Source: a bacterium | GTDB taxonomy: Bacteria; UBA8248 | Direction: 5' to 3' | Length of the DNA stretch: 64,000 bases | Assembly: GCA_965261085.1 (NCBI GenBank) | Contig: OZ253442.1 | Coordinates: 3,648,001-3,712,000, forward strand | In this document: one piece after another, positions 62,001-64,000 of the stretch | How the letters are laid out: every line of letters starts with the position of its first letter | Numbering within the stretch: the first letter of the stretch is position 1 | The notes under the pieces: generated by a model | The model's input: only the letters and a program-made list of their open reading frames with translations | Databases searched by the model: none | Told to the model about the DNA's origin: nothing | Made by a program: the position numbers and the translations under genes

Positions 62001-64000
62001 TTCAAAGGTACTACGATAGGTGACCTGTCGGACAATGACGGTGACAAGACGTTCGCCATCGGACCGAATTCCTACACGATTGACAGGGTTACCGTTGGGG
62101 CAGCAGATGCTGGGATAGGAGGGTACTTGACGTTCAGTCTGACCAGCGCCCTAATCGTCACCGATAAGGAAAATCTGGTGCTGCATGTGGGCAGCGCCTC
62201 GTTCGCGTTCAGTAATCGGACTCCAACTTCTACACATGACTATTCCTGGTCGAGCACCCTGGACTGGTCGTCGGAAAGCACGGTCACGCTGCGGCTGCGC
62301 GAGGCGCCGGCCGGTCCGGACGCGACGCTGAGCGCTCTGGTCGTCAACGACGGTCGTAGGGACCTGACGCTGAGGCCGGGTTTCGCACCGGGCGCCACCT
62401 CCTACACGGCGTCGGTGGCGAACGCCGTCGCCGAAGTGACGGTGATGGCGACGCCGAACGATGCCGAGGCGACGATCGAATATCTGGACGCGTCCGACAC
62501 GACGCTCGCCGACGCCGACACCTCGGATACCGTCCAGCCGGTGACGCTGGCGGAGGGTGACAACGTCGTCAAGGTGAAGGTGACGGCCGAGGACACCACC
62601 ACGACCGAGACCTACACGGTGACGGTGATGCGCCTCGCCGCGGACGCTCCGGGCGTCGAGGGGCAGTTCCGCCTGGCGCCCGACACCGTGGACGACTACG
62701 CGGACGAGGATGAAGATCGCCTGAACGGGCATGTGGGGCGCGTCGAGGTGTTCCACGCCGGGCACTGGGGCACGGTGTGCAGCGACGGCTTCTCGAAGGA
62801 TAATACCTTCAGGTTCGCCCCGGACCTGGATGCGGACGGCGACCCATTGGGCACCTTCACGGAAACTACACCCGCCAACGAGGCGCCCGCCCTGGTCTGC
62901 CAGTCCATGGGCTACGACACCGGCGAATACGCGTCGGGCTACGGCCAGGGGGTGCCGAGCCAAACGTCCGAGCCGCAGATGACCTACTACCCGGTGGGCA
63001 GCACCTACCCGGCGGATGGACAGCAGCTTCCGCCGCTGCCCATCTGGCTCGACGACCTGACGTGCGCGGCGGGCGACGCCGATCTGACGGGGGAGAGCGC
63101 GCTGCGGGCACCGTTGGCGCACTGCGGGTACGCGGGCTGGGGGCTGCACAACTGCTCGCACAACGAGGATGCGGGGGTGCGCTGCTGGAACGAGTCGGGG
63201 AGCGCCATGGCCGGTGGGCGGGCGCTGAAGGCGCGGTTCGTGTCGCCGCCGGAGCACCATGACGGCTCGGGCCGGGTCAAGGTTCGGGTGGCGTTCAGCG
63301 AGGCGATCGAGGAGAGCCCGGAGAACGTCGGCGAGCACGGGGTGAAGGTCGAGGGCGGCCGGGTGACGTCGGTGCGCCAGGTGGACAACCGGCCGGGCGG
63401 AGGCGCGGCGGGTCGTTCGGCGGGCCGTTCGGGTGGCGGACAGGAAGACGGCGAGCGCGTGTGGGAGTTCGAGATCGAGCCGGGCTCGGACGACGACCTG
63501 ACGATGCGGATCGACGGGGGGCGTCCGTGCGACGAGCCGGGGGCGATCTGCACGGAGGACGGGCGTTCGCTGTCGGAGGGGATCGCGACGACGGTAGAGG
63601 GTCCGGGCCCTGCGCCGCTGACGGCGGCGTTCGAGGGCCTGCCGGAGGCGCATGACGGCGAGGACGCGTTCCACTTCCGGGTGGCGTTCAGCGAGGACAT
63701 CGGGATCGGCTTCCGGTCGATGCGCGACGACTCGTTCACGGTGTCCGGGGGCGAGGTGACCGGGGCGCGGCGGGTGGACGGGCGCAATGACCTGTGGGAG
63801 ATCACGGTCGCGCCCGAGACGGACGGGGCGGTGACGATCACGCTGCCGGGCGGGCGCGAGTGCGCGGTCTCCGGGGCGATCTGCACCCGGGGCGGGAACC
63901 GGCGGCTGTTGACCAACACGCCGGCGGCGACGGTGGCCGGCCCCGCGGTCGAGGCGGCGGTCGTGGCGCTGACGGCGAGTTTCGTGCAGGCGCCGGCGGA
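59094..64000 (+). CDS. Giant exported modular surface protein (5 cadherin-like beta-sandwich repeats, 3 variable domains, SRCR domain, HDG repeats), 3' part outside window
   Basis: AAGGAAAGG RBS region, ATG 59094, signal peptide ..LALPAPAQA; frame stays open to the window end; repeats DATLS.L...IKVKVTAEDG..TQTY.VTV; SRCR GRVEVFHAGHWGTVC...IWLDDLTC...WGLHNCSHNEDAGVRC. Confidence 0.9.
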   Translation, partial: MTASVKASSPGNDGSRAHHGSPSGLRRRMAGGFLRSARALAAAALLLLSGGLALPAPAQAQTVTTLVSNTGQSTSGSVASIGAQPFTTGSAAVLTSVGFFLINNVSLDVGDIRVRILQDNSGSPGTALVTLSNPTALEDNGINTFTAPSGTNLAASTTYYVEVSMTDGTNGVPYNRTRSPSEDAGGATGWEIGNTRYFKNNKTDPWATSTNLMLIAIKGYEVGGTPSTDATLSGLTVTAGGTDLVTFASGTTDYTPMVANDVDEVTVTAMTTDSGATIEYLDASDMTLDDADTGVTDLQVALAVGDTVIKVKVTAEDGNATQTYMVTVTRAAAMTPTCTLNTGDLWCGVVTVGEIASGGHGFVSISGGNVGDLTDNSGDRSFTIGTSQYVVYRVAVSSFGLSFAVTRTTAGGVQSPGLLDDDRAKLHLHVDGHSASFAFSDVVLSGSLGYEWSGASLDWSSTGSVTVRLREVAALSSDATLSALTVTAGGTDLVTFASGTTDYTPMVANDVDEVTVTAMTTDSGATIEYLDGDDATLTDADTSDPGHQVALAVGDDTVIKVKVTAEDGNATQTYMVTVSRAAPTCTLNTGDGDIWCGVVTVEAYTSFGLTNTYGFVIAPLGAGALSDTGFSVGTNPYTIDYVTVNSTSGDLSFSLTSALTATDKEQLVLHVDSASFAFSDASFVDASDTYKWSGSGLDWSSEDYVTLRLREAAASTDATLSDLVVNDGTTDLTLTPTFASGMYTYTASVASTVAEVTVTPTKSDTNATIEYLDGSDMTLTDANTTDAGHQVAVAEGDTVIKVKVTAEDGNATQTYVVTVKRAAADASTDATLSDLVVNDGNMDLTLTPTFASSKYTYTAMVANTVTEVTVTPTKNDSGATIEYLDASNMTLTDADTGATGHQVAVAVGDTIIEVKVTAEDGDTTQTYTVTVNRAAAMPPTCTLNTGDLWCGVVAVGQVQLPDRGVIEYGFKGTTIGDLSDNDGDKTFAIGPNSYTIDRVTVGAADAGIGGYLTFSLTSALIVTDKENLVLHVGSASFAFSNRTPTSTHDYSWSSTLDWSSESTVTLRLREAPAGPDATLSALVVNDGRRDLTLRPGFAPGATSYTASVANAVAEVTVMATPNDAEATIEYLDASDTTLADADTSDTVQPVTLAEGDNVVKVKVTAEDTTTTETYTVTVMRLAADAPGVEGQFRLAPDTVDDYADEDEDRLNGHVGRVEVFHAGHWGTVCSDGFSKDNTFRFAPDLDADGDPLGTFTETTPANEAPALVCQSMGYDTGEYASGYGQGVPSQTSEPQMTYYPVGSTYPADGQQLPPLPIWLDDLTCAAGDADLTGESALRAPLAHCGYAGWGLHNCSHNEDAGVRCWNESGSAMAGGRALKARFVSPPEHHDGSGRVKVRVAFSEAIEESPENVGEHGVKVEGGRVTSVRQVDNRPGGGAAGRSAGRSGGGQEDGERVWEFEIEPGSDDDLTMRIDGGRPCDEPGAICTEDGRSLSEGIATTVEGPGPAPLTAAFEGLPEAHDGEDAFHFRVAFSEDIGIGFRSMRDDSFTVSGGEVTGARRVDGRNDLWEITVAPETDGAVTITLPGGRECAVSGAICTRGGNRRLLTNTPAATVAGPAVEAAVVALTASFVQAPA

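Overview
GC-rich bacterial chromosome segment. The gene content (aromatic/organosulfur-type catabolic enzymes, dense REP/MITE repeats, and a giant adhesin with a eukaryote-like SRCR domain) suggests a marine, possibly sponge-associated, lineage; this is inference only. About 50 CDS, mostly catabolic enzymes, plus tRNA-Val(TAC), two type II TA pairs and a two-component system. Most notable: (1) an exported cytochrome-c cluster with two proteins carrying about 57 Asn-Pro-Cys (NPC) repeats in total; (2) a rhodanese whose catalytic codon is an in-frame TGA followed by a SECIS-like hairpin (probable selenoprotein); (3) a promoter, structured RNA, terminator and DUF3800 gene forming a cassette at the tRNA-Val 3' end; (4) a 3,349-bp IS66-like element with TIRs and an 8-bp TSD that has no tnpA/tnpB but carries a DUF4338/DruA-like gene; (5) a perfect (GCCTCAA)x27 array starting at a predicted transcription start upstream of a giant modular surface protein; (6) a MITE family that inserts at CC-N5-GG sites, including inside REP-like palindromes. 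All calls come from manual reading of motifs; no database searches were run.
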